Part shown: piece by piece, positions 49,622 through 59,967 of the stretch
Numbering within the stretch: the stretch's first letter is position 1
How the letters are laid out: the number at the start of each line of letters is the position of its first letter
Assembly (NCBI GenBank): GCA_034670305.1
Contig: JAXMNT010000035.1
Span: forward strand, 1-64,000
DNA from: Deltaproteobacteria bacterium
Lineage (GTDB): Bacteria > Myxococcota_A > Polyangia > Polyangiales > Houyiibacteriaceae
Reading direction: 5' to 3'
DNA length: 64,000 bases
Notes under the pieces: generated by a model
Databases searched by the model: none
What the model was told of the DNA's origin: nothing
Seen by the model: the letters and a program-made list of their open reading frames with translations, nothing else
Program-made: the position numbers and the translations under genes

Positions 49622-51817
49622 TCAGGTCGTGGGCCGGGTTCGGATCGTCTTCACGCGTTGGCGCAGCGCCGCGAGATCGACCTCCACATCGCCCCAGCGG
49701 GCGGCGAGGTAGAGCTCGGTGACTTCGTCCACGGTCTGCGCGTCTTGGAAGCCGGCTTCCCGGAGCGCTCGCGCGTGTTCGCGTGGCGTCGTGGACGCTC
49801 CCCGTTTGTGACCCGCGCGTTCGAGCACCCGCTCGAGTTGCCGGTAGAGGCGCACCAGATCTTGTTCCTTCGGTCGCCGCTTGCGCCGCCGCCAGAGCAT
49901 CCACAGGCAGCCGAGCAAGAGCAGCACGCCGCAGACGATCGCCACCACCGCGTACCGGGGCGAATCGGACCCGTCGGCCTCCGCGTCTTCGTCGGTCAGC
50001 GTGCGCTGGCTCTCGTCTTCGGACTGGAACGATCGCAACCACCGAAAGGCACGGCGCAGCGCCCGCACCTGTTGGTGCAGGTCGTACCCGACGACGTCTT
50101 CGTTCCAGCGGGTGCGCAGCGCATCCAACATCGCGCGCAGGTCGTCGAACATGCCGGGCGGCACCGGCTCGCCGCGCGCACCTGGGGTCGGGTCGAAGGT
50201 CTCCCACTGGTCGTTGACCCAGGCCTCCACCCAACTGTGCGCGTCGCCCTGCGCGATCGCGTAGTAGCGGCCGTAGCTGTTGTACCGGCCGCCGAGAAAA
50301 CCAGTCACGTTCCGGGCCGGGATGCCTTCGCCGCGCAGCATCACCGCGAGCGCGGTGGAGAAGTATTCGCAGTGTCCTTCGCGCGCCTCGAAGAGGAATA
50401 CGTCGAGCGGGTTTCGGCCTTCGGTCTCGGGCTGGGTGAGCGAGTACGCGATCTCGCCCGAGTCCCGCAGCCAGCGTTCGATGCGCCGCGCACGAATGCT
50501 CGCCGATCCCTCGCCCGCGATCTCGCGCCCGAGCTGCCGCACCCGGCCGAGCCCGAGCGGCAGCTGCAGGTAGCGTTCGCGTTCCGGTGCGGTGAGCACT
50601 TCGCCGATCTCCCGGGCGTCGTCCGCGGTCACGATCGTGTAGCGGAACGCCAGCCCGTCCGGCTCGTACCGGAGGTCGAGCCCGTCGTAGAGGTCGAGCC
50701 GCCGTTCGATGTCGACCCCGCTCTCCACCCGCGGTGGCACCCGAAGCGCGATGGTGCCCGGCAACAAGAACACGACCGGCTCTTGCAGCGGGTCGAGGTG
50801 GATGTCGTAGCGCGTCTCGCCGCGCGCCATCGGCGGCCGCTGGATCACCGCGTACCGGCCGTGCGGCACGAGACCCGTCGGTGGCAACGGCGTGCGCGTC
50901 CACTCCGCATCTTCGTACCGGTCGAACGATGTGCCGCGCAGTCGGAAGTTTGCGTCGACCGGTGGGTTGAGCGCGAGGTCCTGCGGCTGAACACGGAGCA
51001 CCACCGTCGGGTCGTTGCGAATGGTGCCGAACCCGCCGAGCTGCACGTTGGATCCGAACCCGGCCACCCGACGGCCGGCATTCTCCCCGAACGCGAGAAA
51101 CCCCATGCCGACCCGCGGGAAGAGCAAGAAGAACGCAGCGGTCGCGAAGAAGAGCGGCACCGAGAGCGCCGCGGTCCCAGCCAGGAAACGCCAGCCGGCG
51201 ACCTTGCGCGACGCGAGGATGCGCGTGACTTTTTCTTCGCCGCTCACCGCCCCGCTGCCGAAGTCGGAGACCGGCGCGTCGGGGGTCGCGGTCGCCTCGG
51301 CGGTCGCCGCGGGTTTCTTCTTCGGCGGGTCGTGCAGGTGCGGGGTGTAGTGCCGCTCGATCTCCGCGCGCAGGTGCGTCAGCGCGAACATCCAAGGCGT
51401 GACCAGCACGAACCCGAAGAACGCGAACCCGTAGTCGAGTCCGGTCGTCAGCACAGTCGCCGCGATCAGATGCAGGAACGCGAGCGCCTGCACGTGCTGG
51501 TGGTCCTTCGCGGTCGCGCGGTGGAAGAGCTTCGCGATCTGCAGAAACGCGGCGAACTCGAGCCCGAGTTCCAGCATCGCCGTGCCGAGGAACCCGCGGA
51601 CCACTTGAAGCCCGAGCAACATCAACACGAGCGCGTTCCACATGGTCGTGTACCCGCTGCGCGACCAGAGCCCCGGACCGGCGAAGACACTCACGACGAA
51701 GCCGACCAGCAAGAGCGCGCGGCTGGGCAGCCCGATCTCGGTGCCGAGCGTCAGCGCGTACAAGCCGAGTCCCGCGATCAGATAGGTGACGAATTTGTGG
51801 AGCGCCTGAAACCTCAC
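49622..51817 (-). CDS. Transglutaminase TgpA-like protein (DUF3488/TGase/DUF4129)
   Basis: N-terminal TM helices; GHCEYFSTA, ARNVTGFLGG, DAHSWVEAW, FDPTP. Confidence 0.92.
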   Translation of the reverse strand: MRFQALHKFVTYLIAGLGLYALTLGTEIGLPSRALLLVGFVVSVFAGPGLWSRSGYTTMWNALVLMLLGLQVVRGFLGTAMLELGLEFAAFLQIAKLFHRATAKDHQHVQALAFLHLIAATVLTTGLDYGFAFFGFVLVTPWMFALTHLRAEIERHYTPHLHDPPKKKPAATAEATATPDAPVSDFGSGAVSGEEKVTRILASRKVAGWRFLAGTAALSVPLFFATAAFFLLFPRVGMGFLAFGENAGRRVAGFGSNVQLGGFGTIRNDPTVVLRVQPQDLALNPPVDANFRLRGTSFDRYEDAEWTRTPLPPTGLVPHGRYAVIQRPPMARGETRYDIHLDPLQEPVVFLLPGTIALRVPPRVESGVDIERRLDLYDGLDLRYEPDGLAFRYTIVTADDAREIGEVLTAPERERYLQLPLGLGRVRQLGREIAGEGSASIRARRIERWLRDSGEIAYSLTQPETEGRNPLDVFLFEAREGHCEYFSTALAVMLRGEGIPARNVTGFLGGRYNSYGRYYAIAQGDAHSWVEAWVNDQWETFDPTPGARGEPVPPGMFDDLRAMLDALRTRWNEDVVGYDLHQQVRALRRAFRWLRSFQSEDESQRTLTDEDAEADGSDSPRYAVVAIVCGVLLLLGCLWMLWRRRKRRPKEQDLVRLYRQLERVLERAGHKRGASTTPREHARALREAGFQDAQTVDEVTELYLAARWGDVEVDLAALRQRVKTIRTRPTT

Positions 51818-52968
51818 GCGGCCACCTCGCTGGCCGACACGACGGAGACTTTGATCTCCAGCACCTTGCCGGTGTTCGGTCCTTGAGGCGCCGTGGTGCC
51901 TTCGGCGCCGACCGGCTCGAGCAACGCGAGGTAGCGCCAGATCGGATCGGGCGGCGCGCCGGGCAACACCACCGGAGAACTTCCCGCCCGCGTCCGCACC
52001 TCGACCGACGCGCCGAGTCCGAGCGCCGCCGAGGCGAGCGACGCCGCTTCGGAGATCGCGGCCTCGAGCCCCTCGGCCCACGCCGGCGCGATCGCGTGGT
52101 CGGCAGGCGGCGCGCCGTCGTCGAGCACGATGGTCAGATGCGCGCGGGTCTCGGCGAGTCGCTCCCGCACCACCAGCCGGCCGAGCGCCGCGGTCCGCCG
52201 CCAATGGATCGAGCGCGCGCCGTCGCCCTCCTGGTACTCCCGCAAGCCGGCGACCTCGGCGCCGCGTCCGAGTTTCGCGGTCGCCGCGGTCTCGCCCCCG
52301 AACCCGCCGAAGACCTCGCGCGCATCGGTCGGCACGAGCGCGGGGAACACCAGCACTTCGCCGTCGATCGCGAAGCGCCGGCCCTTCTCGATCAGACCGA
52401 AGGGGTACCGCGTGCGCACGATGAGTTCTTCGAACCGGAGCATGCCCCGTCGCTTCGGACGGCGGCGGTAGGTGGCGGACTGCTGCGCGGCCGGCGCGAC
52501 CTTCAGGAAGAAGCAGCTCCGCTCGGCCGAGACTTCGCCTTCGGCGCGGTCCTCCACCTCGAGCGCGTAGCTCGGGAGCCGCTTCTTGAGGTTGCGCAGC
52601 GTGAGCTCGATCAACGCCGGCTGGCCGGCGAACGCGCGGGTGGGCACCCGCCGGTCGATGCGAATGCGCCACAGCACCACGTCGCTCAGCACGCCGCTCA
52701 CGAGCAGCAGACTCAGCATCAGCCCGAGCACCAAGTAGAGGAGGTTGTTGCCGGTGTTCACCGACGCGAGCCCGACGCCCATCGTGACCGCGACGAAGAC
52801 CTTGCCCTCGCGGGTGAACCGGAAACTGCGCGGCCGGCGTTTTCGTTTCTCGCGTTTCTTGGCGCGCCTCCGTCCGCTCCACAGGACCACTTTCACCTTC
52901 TTCGGCCGCGGGGCCGCGCTTGGTTCGGTGGAGTCTTCGGTGGCGGGCTTCGAGGACACGCCAGTCAC
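51814..52968 (-). CDS. DUF58-domain protein
   Basis: NTGNNLLYL, YPFGL, GLREYQEGDGARSIHW. Confidence 0.92.
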   Translation of the reverse strand: MTGVSSKPATEDSTEPSAAPRPKKVKVVLWSGRRRAKKREKRKRRPRSFRFTREGKVFVAVTMGVGLASVNTGNNLLYLVLGLMLSLLLVSGVLSDVVLWRIRIDRRVPTRAFAGQPALIELTLRNLKKRLPSYALEVEDRAEGEVSAERSCFFLKVAPAAQQSATYRRRPKRRGMLRFEELIVRTRYPFGLIEKGRRFAIDGEVLVFPALVPTDAREVFGGFGGETAATAKLGRGAEVAGLREYQEGDGARSIHWRRTAALGRLVVRERLAETRAHLTIVLDDGAPPADHAIAPAWAEGLEAAISEAASLASAALGLGASVEVRTRAGSSPVVLPGAPPDPIWRYLALLEPVGAEGTTAPQGPNTGKVLEIKVSVVSASEVAA

Positions 52969-53912
52969 ACAGGCACAGGGATCTCGGCGGCCAGCTCGCG
53001 GAGGATCGCCTCGGCGTCCGCCCGGGAGCTCGGCCCTTCGGTCCGGGTACGCACCCGGTGACTCAGCGCCGGCACGAGCAGCGCCTTGGCGTCGTCCGGT
53101 TCCGCGTACGTACGCCCCATCACGAGCGCGCGCGCTTTGATCGCGCGGCTGAATGCAAGCGCGGCCCGGGTGGACGCACCGACCTCGAGCATCGGATGCG
53201 AGCGGGTGGCGAGCACGAGCGCGTGCACGTAATCGAAGAGCGCCGGCGCGACCTTCACCCCATCGACCGCAGCCTGGGCAGCCATCAACTGCGCCTGGCT
53301 CACGACCGGCTTCACGCCAGCGACCGGGTCGGCGCCGGACCGCTCCAAGAGCGCGCGTTCGATCGCCTCCGGCGGATGCCCGATCCGCACCCGGAACAAG
53401 AACCGGTCGAGCTGCGATTCGGGCAGCGGGTAGGTTCCGTAGAAGTCGCGCGGGTTCTGCGTCGCGACCACGAAGAACGGCTGCTCGAGCGGGTACGTCT
53501 CGCCTTCGATCGACACCTGCCCTTCGCCCATCGCCTCGAGCAGCGCGCTCTGGGTCTTCGGCGTGGTCCGGTTGATCTCGTCCGCGAGCAGCACCTGCGT
53601 GAAGATCGGTCCTTTGCGGAGCGTGAACGCGCCGGTCTCCCGATCGAAGACGCTGCCGCCGATGACGTCGGCAGGCATCAGGTCCGAGGTGAACTGGAGC
53701 CGCCGAAACCCGAGCCCGAGCGACGCCGCAAGCGCGCGCGCCAACGTCGTCTTGCCGACGCCGGGCACGTCTTCGATGAGCACATGTCCACCCGCGAGCA
53801 GCGCGACCACGAGGGTCCGCACGACGTCGTCTTTGCCTTGCACGACGACGGACACGCTCTCGATCAAGCGCTCCGCTACGGCGGTCGGACTGGGGGGAGA
53901 AGGCGCGGCCAT
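52965..53912 (-). CDS. MoxR family AAA+ ATPase
   Basis: EDVPGVGKT, QFTSDLMPAD, ADEINR.TPKTQSALLE, ATQNP, LPESQLDRF. Confidence 0.95.
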   Translation of the reverse strand: MAAPSPPSPTAVAERLIESVSVVVQGKDDVVRTLVVALLAGGHVLIEDVPGVGKTTLARALAASLGLGFRRLQFTSDLMPADVIGGSVFDRETGAFTLRKGPIFTQVLLADEINRTTPKTQSALLEAMGEGQVSIEGETYPLEQPFFVVATQNPRDFYGTYPLPESQLDRFLFRVRIGHPPEAIERALLERSGADPVAGVKPVVSQAQLMAAQAAVDGVKVAPALFDYVHALVLATRSHPMLEVGASTRAALAFSRAIKARALVMGRTYAEPDDAKALLVPALSHRVRTRTEGPSSRADAEAILRELAAEIPVPV

Positions 53913-53996
53913 CCCGTCGTCAGGAGTCACGCCGGAAAGGTAGCACGCCCCAGTCGGGGCGGGATCCGAGGTCGTATGCGGTCGTATGCGGTCGGC

Positions 53997-54260
53997 CGCG
54001 GTCGCGGAAGCGGAACCGGAAGCGGAAACGCTTGCGGAAGCGGTCGCAGAAGCGGAGGCGGAGGCGGAAGCGGAAGCGGTAGCGGTAGCGGTAGCGGTAG
54101 CGGTAGCGGTTGCGGAAGCGGGTCGCGGAAGCGGAAGCGGAAGCGGTCGCGGCATCGGCTTCGGCGTCGGCGTCGGCATCGGCTTCGGCTTCGGCTTCGG
54201 ATTCGGCTTCGGCGCGAACAAAGAACGGGGGCAAGGGCAGGGGCAAGGGCAAGGGCAAGG
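53997..54260. repeat. GGAAGC/GGTAGC block, opposite-orientation GGCTTC block, then (GGGCAA)n
   Basis: Three periodic blocks between the divergent MoxR and LysR genes. Confidence 0.95.
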
Positions 54261-54314
54261 ACAACGCTTCGCGTTTGGTTGCCCGGGCTGGGCTTCCTGT
54301 GCTGTGGTCTCTTC

Positions 54315-55151
54315 ATGCGATGGGATGATCTCCGCTACCTCGACGCGCTCGCCCGCACCGGTTCCGCGGGCGCGGCGGCGCGGGAGCTGACGGTCTCGGC
54401 TTCCACCGTGTACCGCCGCGTCGATGCGCTCGAGGCCGCCGTCGGTGTCCCTCTGCTCGTCCGTGGCGCGGAGCCGATCGCGCTCACCGATCCCGGCGCG
54501 CGTCTGGTGGAGCTCGCGCGGGCGATGAAGCTTGGTCTGCACGAAGTCGCGCAGAAGGTTCAATCGAACGTCGCGTCCGTGCAGGGACGCGTGAAGCTCA
54601 CCACCGTCGAAGGTTACCTGCCGCTGCTCGTCGAACCGCTCGCCGAGCTCGCCGCCACCCATCCGGACCTCACCGTCGAGCTGCACCTCGGGCACTCCGG
54701 GCCGAGCGTGCGCAAGCGCGAAGCGGACGTCGCGATCGGCGTCATGTCGCGGCCCCCGAGCGGCCTCGTCGGGCGGCGCATCGCGCAGATCGCCTACGGC
54801 GTGTTCGGCACGAAGGCCGCGCTCGAACGCAAACCGCTCCGCTGGGTCGTCTTCGGACCATCGCTCCAACACACCCAAGAAGCCGAGTGGGAACAGCTCC
54901 ACGCCGGCGACGCCTCGGTCGCCACCAGCTCCCGCCACGCCTTCACCACCCTGATGTGCGCCGGCGTCGGCGTCGGCCTCCTCCCCCGCCCCATCGCCGC
55001 CCAGTACCCGGAGCTGCAAGAACTCGACGCCTTCCGAGACACCTGCGCGGAACTCAAACGCGAAGCCTGGACGCTGATGCATCCGGACATGAAAGAAGAC
55101 CCGCGGGTGAGAGCGCTGCTGGACGCACTGACCCGGCACCTCGCGGACTAG
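54315..55151 (+). CDS. LysR family transcriptional regulator
   Basis: WDDLRY..GS..AAREL....TVYRRVDALE HTH, followed by a substrate-binding domain. Confidence 0.93.
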   Translation: MRWDDLRYLDALARTGSAGAAARELTVSASTVYRRVDALEAAVGVPLLVRGAEPIALTDPGARLVELARAMKLGLHEVAQKVQSNVASVQGRVKLTTVEGYLPLLVEPLAELAATHPDLTVELHLGHSGPSVRKREADVAIGVMSRPPSGLVGRRIAQIAYGVFGTKAALERKPLRWVVFGPSLQHTQEAEWEQLHAGDASVATSSRHAFTTLMCAGVGVGLLPRPIAAQYPELQELDAFRDTCAELKREAWTLMHPDMKEDPRVRALLDALTRHLAD

Positions 55152-55152
55152 G

Positions 55153-55350
55153 CAGGCCAAAGGCCTGACGAGTCCCCTTGCCCCTGCCCTTGCCCCTGCC
55201 CTTGCCCTTTGTTCGGCAAACCGACAGCAACCCGAGCAACAGACCGAGCAACAGCAACAGCGGCAGACTCAGGGACAGCGGCAGCAGCAGCCTCAGCCTC
55301 AGCGACAGCGGCACCAGACGCAGCGCCAGACTCAGCAGCACCAGACTGCT
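55153..55350. repeat. Triloop hairpin, (GGGCAR)n on minus strand, then CAG-type array
   Basis: caggcc-aaa-ggcctg 55153-55167; G-array 55174-55207; gacagc/ggcagc units up to 55350. Confidence 0.88.
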
Positions 55351-55399
55351 GTTCAAGCGTGCTCTGGAACTCGCGCTTCGGTGAAGCTAGCGTCGCCCG

Positions 55400-56401
55400 A
55401 TGGACGTCGACGCCATCCTCGCCAAACCGCGTTGGGCACCGCTGCGTCGCTTCGTCGAGATCTGGTACGCCGAGCCGCTAGGCGCCACGACCACGCCGGT
55501 GTCGGAGATCGATGCGGTCGAGGCCAAACTCGGGTGCCGTCTCCCGCTCGTGGTTCGGGAGTGGTACCGCCTGGTGGGCCACCGGCTCGTGGATGTGAAC
55601 TGTGACCGCCCGGTGCCGCTCGACAAGCTCGGGGTGTGGGACGGACGGCTGGCCCTCTGGCGGGAGAACCAGGACAACTGGAGCGTCGAAGTCGCGGCGG
55701 AGCCCTCGGACGACGACCTGCCGATCGAAGTCGGAGGGGAGCACTTCTTCGAACCCTTCCCGGCGACGGTCACTCAAGCACTGCTCGGCATGGTCTACAG
55801 CGACACGTTCGCCGGCGTGTTGTCCGGCTGTGGCGACGGTCCCCTCGGCAAGCTGGGGGCTGAGGTGGTGGGCGGATCCATTCCACTGGGCGAGGAGAGC
55901 GGCGCACGGATCGCTGGGTTGCCAGCGCTCGGCGTTTGGCCGATGCCCTACACCGAGGCGCCTCCTCGCGGTCATGAGACGCTCGTCGTGGACGGCCGTT
56001 GGATGGCCGCAACCGCGAAAGCAGCAGAGGAAGCCGCGACGCTCTTCGAACTCGGCAGCTCGGGCCAGTACGTGCTCGTCCTGTGGTTGACGCAGCCCTC
56101 CCTGCCAGGCGTGACGGCGGCCGAGCTCATGATGCAGGGCGACGTCGCCCAACACTTCACCGATGGAGCCGCACGCTATGTCGGGGGACACCACGACTAT
56201 TCCGATGCCTACATGACGCAGGTCATCGCGATGGTCCTTCGGTTCGCCACCACCGACCCGGTCCGCGCGTTCGAGATGCTCCGACCGCACCTGTCCCCCG
56301 ACTCACTCGACCACCTCACGGCCGGCTACCGCCCCGAAGACACCATCAAGTTCACGCCCTGCTGGCCACCAGGAGCCGAGACCTTCCACATGCCCATGTG
56401 A
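55400..56401 (+). CDS. SMI1/KNR4 (SUKH)-like protein
   Basis: SEIDAVEAKLGCRLPLVVREWY N-terminal signature; ENQ motif. Confidence 0.7.
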   Translation: MDVDAILAKPRWAPLRRFVEIWYAEPLGATTTPVSEIDAVEAKLGCRLPLVVREWYRLVGHRLVDVNCDRPVPLDKLGVWDGRLALWRENQDNWSVEVAAEPSDDDLPIEVGGEHFFEPFPATVTQALLGMVYSDTFAGVLSGCGDGPLGKLGAEVVGGSIPLGEESGARIAGLPALGVWPMPYTEAPPRGHETLVVDGRWMAATAKAAEEAATLFELGSSGQYVLVLWLTQPSLPGVTAAELMMQGDVAQHFTDGAARYVGGHHDYSDAYMTQVIAMVLRFATTDPVRAFEMLRPHLSPDSLDHLTAGYRPEDTIKFTPCWPPGAETFHMPM

Positions 56402-56418
56402 GCCCGAACCTCGGCCCA

Positions 56419-56814
56419 TCACTCCAGCACGCACACCGTGTCGACACACCGTGCACTCGGAAGCTCCGACGAAGGCGGACAGGTCGGGCACGCGCCGTCG
56501 GTGCATTCTTCGATGCCGCACTCGAGCTGCTCGGCCTCGAGCCACGCATGGGTCGTGGCGTGCCACTCGCAGGGGCACCATCCCGTGTTGTCCGCGCAGC
56601 AATCGTCGAACTGCGTCGCCACACACTCGTCGTCGGACGCACAACGCGGCGTCTCCTCGAGCGGCGCATTGGGATCGAACGCGGGCTGTTGAGTGGTTTG
56701 GGCCACTGTCTGGACCCCGGGCTCCTCTTGCGTGCCGCCACCGCACGCGGTCAGGAAGGCCAGAGCCAGCCCCAGCGCGGCGGTCAGTGTGGATGACGGG
56801 GCAGCAATCTTCAT
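56419..56814 (-). CDS. Small Cys-rich lipoprotein
   Basis: LTAC lipobox; CASDDEC..CC..CPC. Confidence 0.75.
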   Translation of the reverse strand: MKIAAPSSTLTAALGLALAFLTACGGGTQEEPGVQTVAQTTQQPAFDPNAPLEETPRCASDDECVATQFDDCCADNTGWCPCEWHATTHAWLEAEQLECGIEECTDGACPTCPPSSELPSARCVDTVCVLE

Positions 56815-57398
56815 GGCTCGGTGCTTAGTCTGGCAGGCGCTGAGACGCGAACGATTGGCACTCGTCCCGGCGTGGCCTCGCCCGCGGTGACACGGACGCA
56901 AACATCGGGGCGCTCCCCACGGCCACGGACCACTGCCAGCTCACTTTCTAGTTCAATAGCCGGGCGAGCATGAAGTCTCCCATCACAGATTGTGTACCGT
57001 TTGACATCTATTCCATCGGATTCGATGGTCGCCAGGACGCAGAGAGTGTCGACATCGGGGTCCCCTGGATCCGGCCGCCTGTGGGCGTATGCCCATGCCG
57101 CCAACGAGCTGCAATCATCCACTCCGGCCTGAGCTGCCGACCGCGGACATCTACACTGAGATCTGAGGACGTGTGGCTCTCGACCCTGGAGATGAACCCA
57201 TGCCCCAACAGCCACAACGGTGGCGAGAACAAGGCCGACAAAGAGCTTTTTCAAGAGCCCGCCGAGTCGCCAACGAACAACGTCACCGAAGACGCGCGTC
57301 CGGGCGCCTTCCGCGTACTCCTGGACGCGATAGTCATCGACGGAGAGTTTAGTCCGTGACACCCGGATCTGGGAACTTGATCTCAGACTTGCGTTCAT
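56811..57398 (-). CDS. Hypothetical single-TM protein
   Basis: One TM helix; its stop overlaps the next ATG (ATGA); a competing + strand ORF lies at 56970-57359. Confidence 0.3.
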   Translation of the reverse strand: MNASLRSSSQIRVSRTKLSVDDYRVQEYAEGARTRVFGDVVRWRLGGLLKKLFVGLVLATVVAVGAWVHLQGREPHVLRSQCRCPRSAAQAGVDDCSSLAAWAYAHRRPDPGDPDVDTLCVLATIESDGIDVKRYTICDGRLHARPAIELESELAVVRGRGERPDVCVRVTAGEATPGRVPIVRVSAPARLSTEP

Positions 57399-57412
57399 GG
57401 CGTCATGGGCCG

Positions 57413-57973
57413 ATGCGCGTTCCGTTGATCCTATTTCTGGCAGGCTGCTCAGCCCAAACGTTCTGGCCGACCACGCCAGGGACCATCGCCTTTGAGTCCG
57501 ACGAGTTCACCGGCGGCGAGTCGCTTGAACTGGATGGGATGCAGGTCTTCATCAGCGGCGCGGGCCACACTTCCATCGGCATCTCGATCCCGAAACGGGA
57601 GGGAGACGGGGTGGTGCCCGCACTCATCAGCTTCGCCCGGATTGGAGGCCGGTGGCGCTACCTGACCTGCCACCAGTGGGACGTGATCATCGACGAAAGT
57701 CGCAGCGCGTTTCAGACCACCCACGATGGCCATGTCGGTAGTGGCGGGGTGTCAGAACTGGTCTCCGCACCCACATCCATCGCCACCCTCGAGGCCATGT
57801 CGAACGCGGGGACGGTTCGAATGCGAGTCTGCCAAGATGTCTTTGAGCTCGACCCGAGCCAGCGCGAAGCGATCGGCCGCTTCGTCACCGCATGGCGCAC
57901 GGGCTCGGTACCGGCAGCTCCCGCACCACGCAGTGAGGAGCGCCGGCGGACCAGTTCGATGCCAGCGTTCTAG
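57413..57973 (+). CDS. Hypothetical lipoprotein
   Basis: MRVPLILFLAGC lipobox. Confidence 0.75.
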   Translation: MRVPLILFLAGCSAQTFWPTTPGTIAFESDEFTGGESLELDGMQVFISGAGHTSIGISIPKREGDGVVPALISFARIGGRWRYLTCHQWDVIIDESRSAFQTTHDGHVGSGGVSELVSAPTSIATLEAMSNAGTVRMRVCQDVFELDPSQREAIGRFVTAWRTGSVPAAPAPRSEERRRTSSMPAF

Positions 57974-58075
57974 GAAGGGCATATTCGTTGGTCGGAGAAC
58001 GCGGCTTCACCAAACGGCACAATGATAGGCGCCTCCCACGTGACACCCGCGTACAGATGGTTAGAGGTCTGCTCA

Positions 58076-59824
58076 ATGGAGAACGATCTCGACTGGGAAG
58101 AGCTTGTGGAGTCCGCTTCGGAGCAGACCTGCGAATGTTACGCCGAAGTGGTCGGAGCTTGGCTGAATGAGGAGGTACCACGCCCAGACCTGAGCGAGTG
58201 GGCTCCGCTGATCCCCGTACTTCAAGTCTGGAACAACCTATCGAAAGATCAGGAGGACCCTTTCGGACCCGTGAGCTTCTCTCAGATTCCAGGATCTCTA
58301 CTTGTCAGTCTTACAGCCAAAGGTGCTCCCTGCTGCCCACCGGACGTCAGGGCTCGGCTGATTCACTTGGCTTGGCATCGAAGGCTGTGTAGTCATAGCC
58401 TGGTTCAAGATGGCGTGGAGGCATATCTTGAATCGGCGAAGTGCCTCCTAAACCACGACTCGTGGCTTACACCATTCGCGCGCTTCAAAGGAGCCCTCGA
58501 CCTGGGGTGCTCACTTCGTGATAGCCCAGCTGCCGACACGGCGGTTCAAGGGGTTGAAGACGCTATCCGCACTCTCTACCCTGATGATCCGCTGTACTTC
58601 CTGCTTAGGTTGCAGCAACTCTTGCTGGACCACCGCCGGGGCAATCCCGTAGAGATGCTCGAGACTTGTATCGACATGGCGGCTCGGGCGCGCGCCAACT
58701 ACGAGGCACACGGTATTGGGCCTAATGGTCTTGAGTCGGACCGGGAGCTGGCCTACCTTGAGACGGCACTAGCTTGGGCCCATCGGGCGAAAGAAGAACA
58801 GCGAGCAGTGGGGCTCCAAAGAGAGTTGGGCGAAGCATACGCGCGCAGAGCGCACGGCGTGATCGAAGCAAACTGGCCCAGCCGCTACTCCGTCGCTGAG
58901 CACTTCCTCGAGAAGGCCATTCAATCTCATCGAGTTGCTGGTGCCTCGAGTAGAATCGAAGACCTGCGTGGGGAGCGGGAACGTATTCAGCGCCAGGCTG
59001 TCGCCGAGATGGGAGCATTCTCGTTCAGTGTTGACTTGGGTGATACCCCGGACTCGGCACGCGGCCATGTGTCAAGCCTCCCGCTGGAAGCCGCCTTGCT
59101 TCGACTTGTTGCCCAACGCTCTCCGCCGACAAGCTCCAGGTTGGATCACGAAGTTCGTTTACACGGAGCTCGTGCACACCAACTCTTCCCTACAGTTCGA
59201 CTGGGTCCGCGTGGAACCAAACAGGTATCACGAGGCAGCCTGCTCGATGCTACGGAGACTGAATGGGCGGCAGAACGACTGCGTGAGGCACACCTTCAAC
59301 AGCAGATTAACGCTATTTCATTCATTGAACCTGCGCTCGATCAGATCGCACGAGAGCACTTGCTAGACTCTAGAGTGTGGCTACATGTTCTAGTGGGCAG
59401 CGAGTTTGTATCTCCCCCGAGACGCACCTCATATGCCCGCGGATTGGCGTCTGGTGTTCGCCAGGAGTGGGACACGTCTGCGGCTATTCTAGTGCCGCAG
59501 TTCGAGCATGGTCTGCGCGAACTATTTTCGCGAACAGGAATCGTGACTACCACGCTCCCTGGCAGTGGGATTCAGAACGAGCTCGACCTAAACAAGATGC
59601 TCACGCACCCGCGTGTCGGAGAGGTTCTCTCAGAAGAGTGGGCGCTTGATCTTCAAGCACTTCTGACTGAGAAGGCGGGAGCCAACCTACGCAACGATCT
59701 TGCTCACGGAATCCTAGATGATGATGCAAAGATCGCCGCCAAGATCTACCTCTGGTGGATCTGCCTGCACTTCGCACTCTGCCGAGATCACACCGTGGCA
59801 CCTCTGTCATGTGAAGACGAATAG
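58076..59824 (+). CDS. DUF4209-like protein with C-terminal HEPN-type RxxxxH motif
   Basis: ILVPQFEHGLR...LLTEKAGANLRNDLAHG; helical N-terminus; lower GC. Confidence 0.8.
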   Translation: MENDLDWEELVESASEQTCECYAEVVGAWLNEEVPRPDLSEWAPLIPVLQVWNNLSKDQEDPFGPVSFSQIPGSLLVSLTAKGAPCCPPDVRARLIHLAWHRRLCSHSLVQDGVEAYLESAKCLLNHDSWLTPFARFKGALDLGCSLRDSPAADTAVQGVEDAIRTLYPDDPLYFLLRLQQLLLDHRRGNPVEMLETCIDMAARARANYEAHGIGPNGLESDRELAYLETALAWAHRAKEEQRAVGLQRELGEAYARRAHGVIEANWPSRYSVAEHFLEKAIQSHRVAGASSRIEDLRGERERIQRQAVAEMGAFSFSVDLGDTPDSARGHVSSLPLEAALLRLVAQRSPPTSSRLDHEVRLHGARAHQLFPTVRLGPRGTKQVSRGSLLDATETEWAAERLREAHLQQQINAISFIEPALDQIAREHLLDSRVWLHVLVGSEFVSPPRRTSYARGLASGVRQEWDTSAAILVPQFEHGLRELFSRTGIVTTTLPGSGIQNELDLNKMLTHPRVGEVLSEEWALDLQALLTEKAGANLRNDLAHGILDDDAKIAAKIYLWWICLHFALCRDHTVAPLSCEDE

Positions 59825-59967
59825 TAGCATGGTGGGAATCAAACTTGCGGCGACCAAAGGCGGATCGAAGTTGCTCTCACCCAATCATCATCCACAGGTT
59901 AGGCACAGCACATCGCGATTCCAAGCTAGGAATTGTCGAGTCTAGTGGCATCGATGGCCATTTGTCG

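Noticed and set aside
45543-51641. 2032-aa ORF and other long N-terminal extensions through repeat arrays (23361-25892, 30026-31474, 52965-55160, 29256-31931)
   Set aside because: Stop-free repeats and high GC join real genes to shadow frames; better internal starts exist
56970-57359. Plus-strand 129-aa CDS
   Set aside because: No recognisable motifs, and it overlaps a minus-strand ORF with a TM helix and stop/start coupling; unresolved
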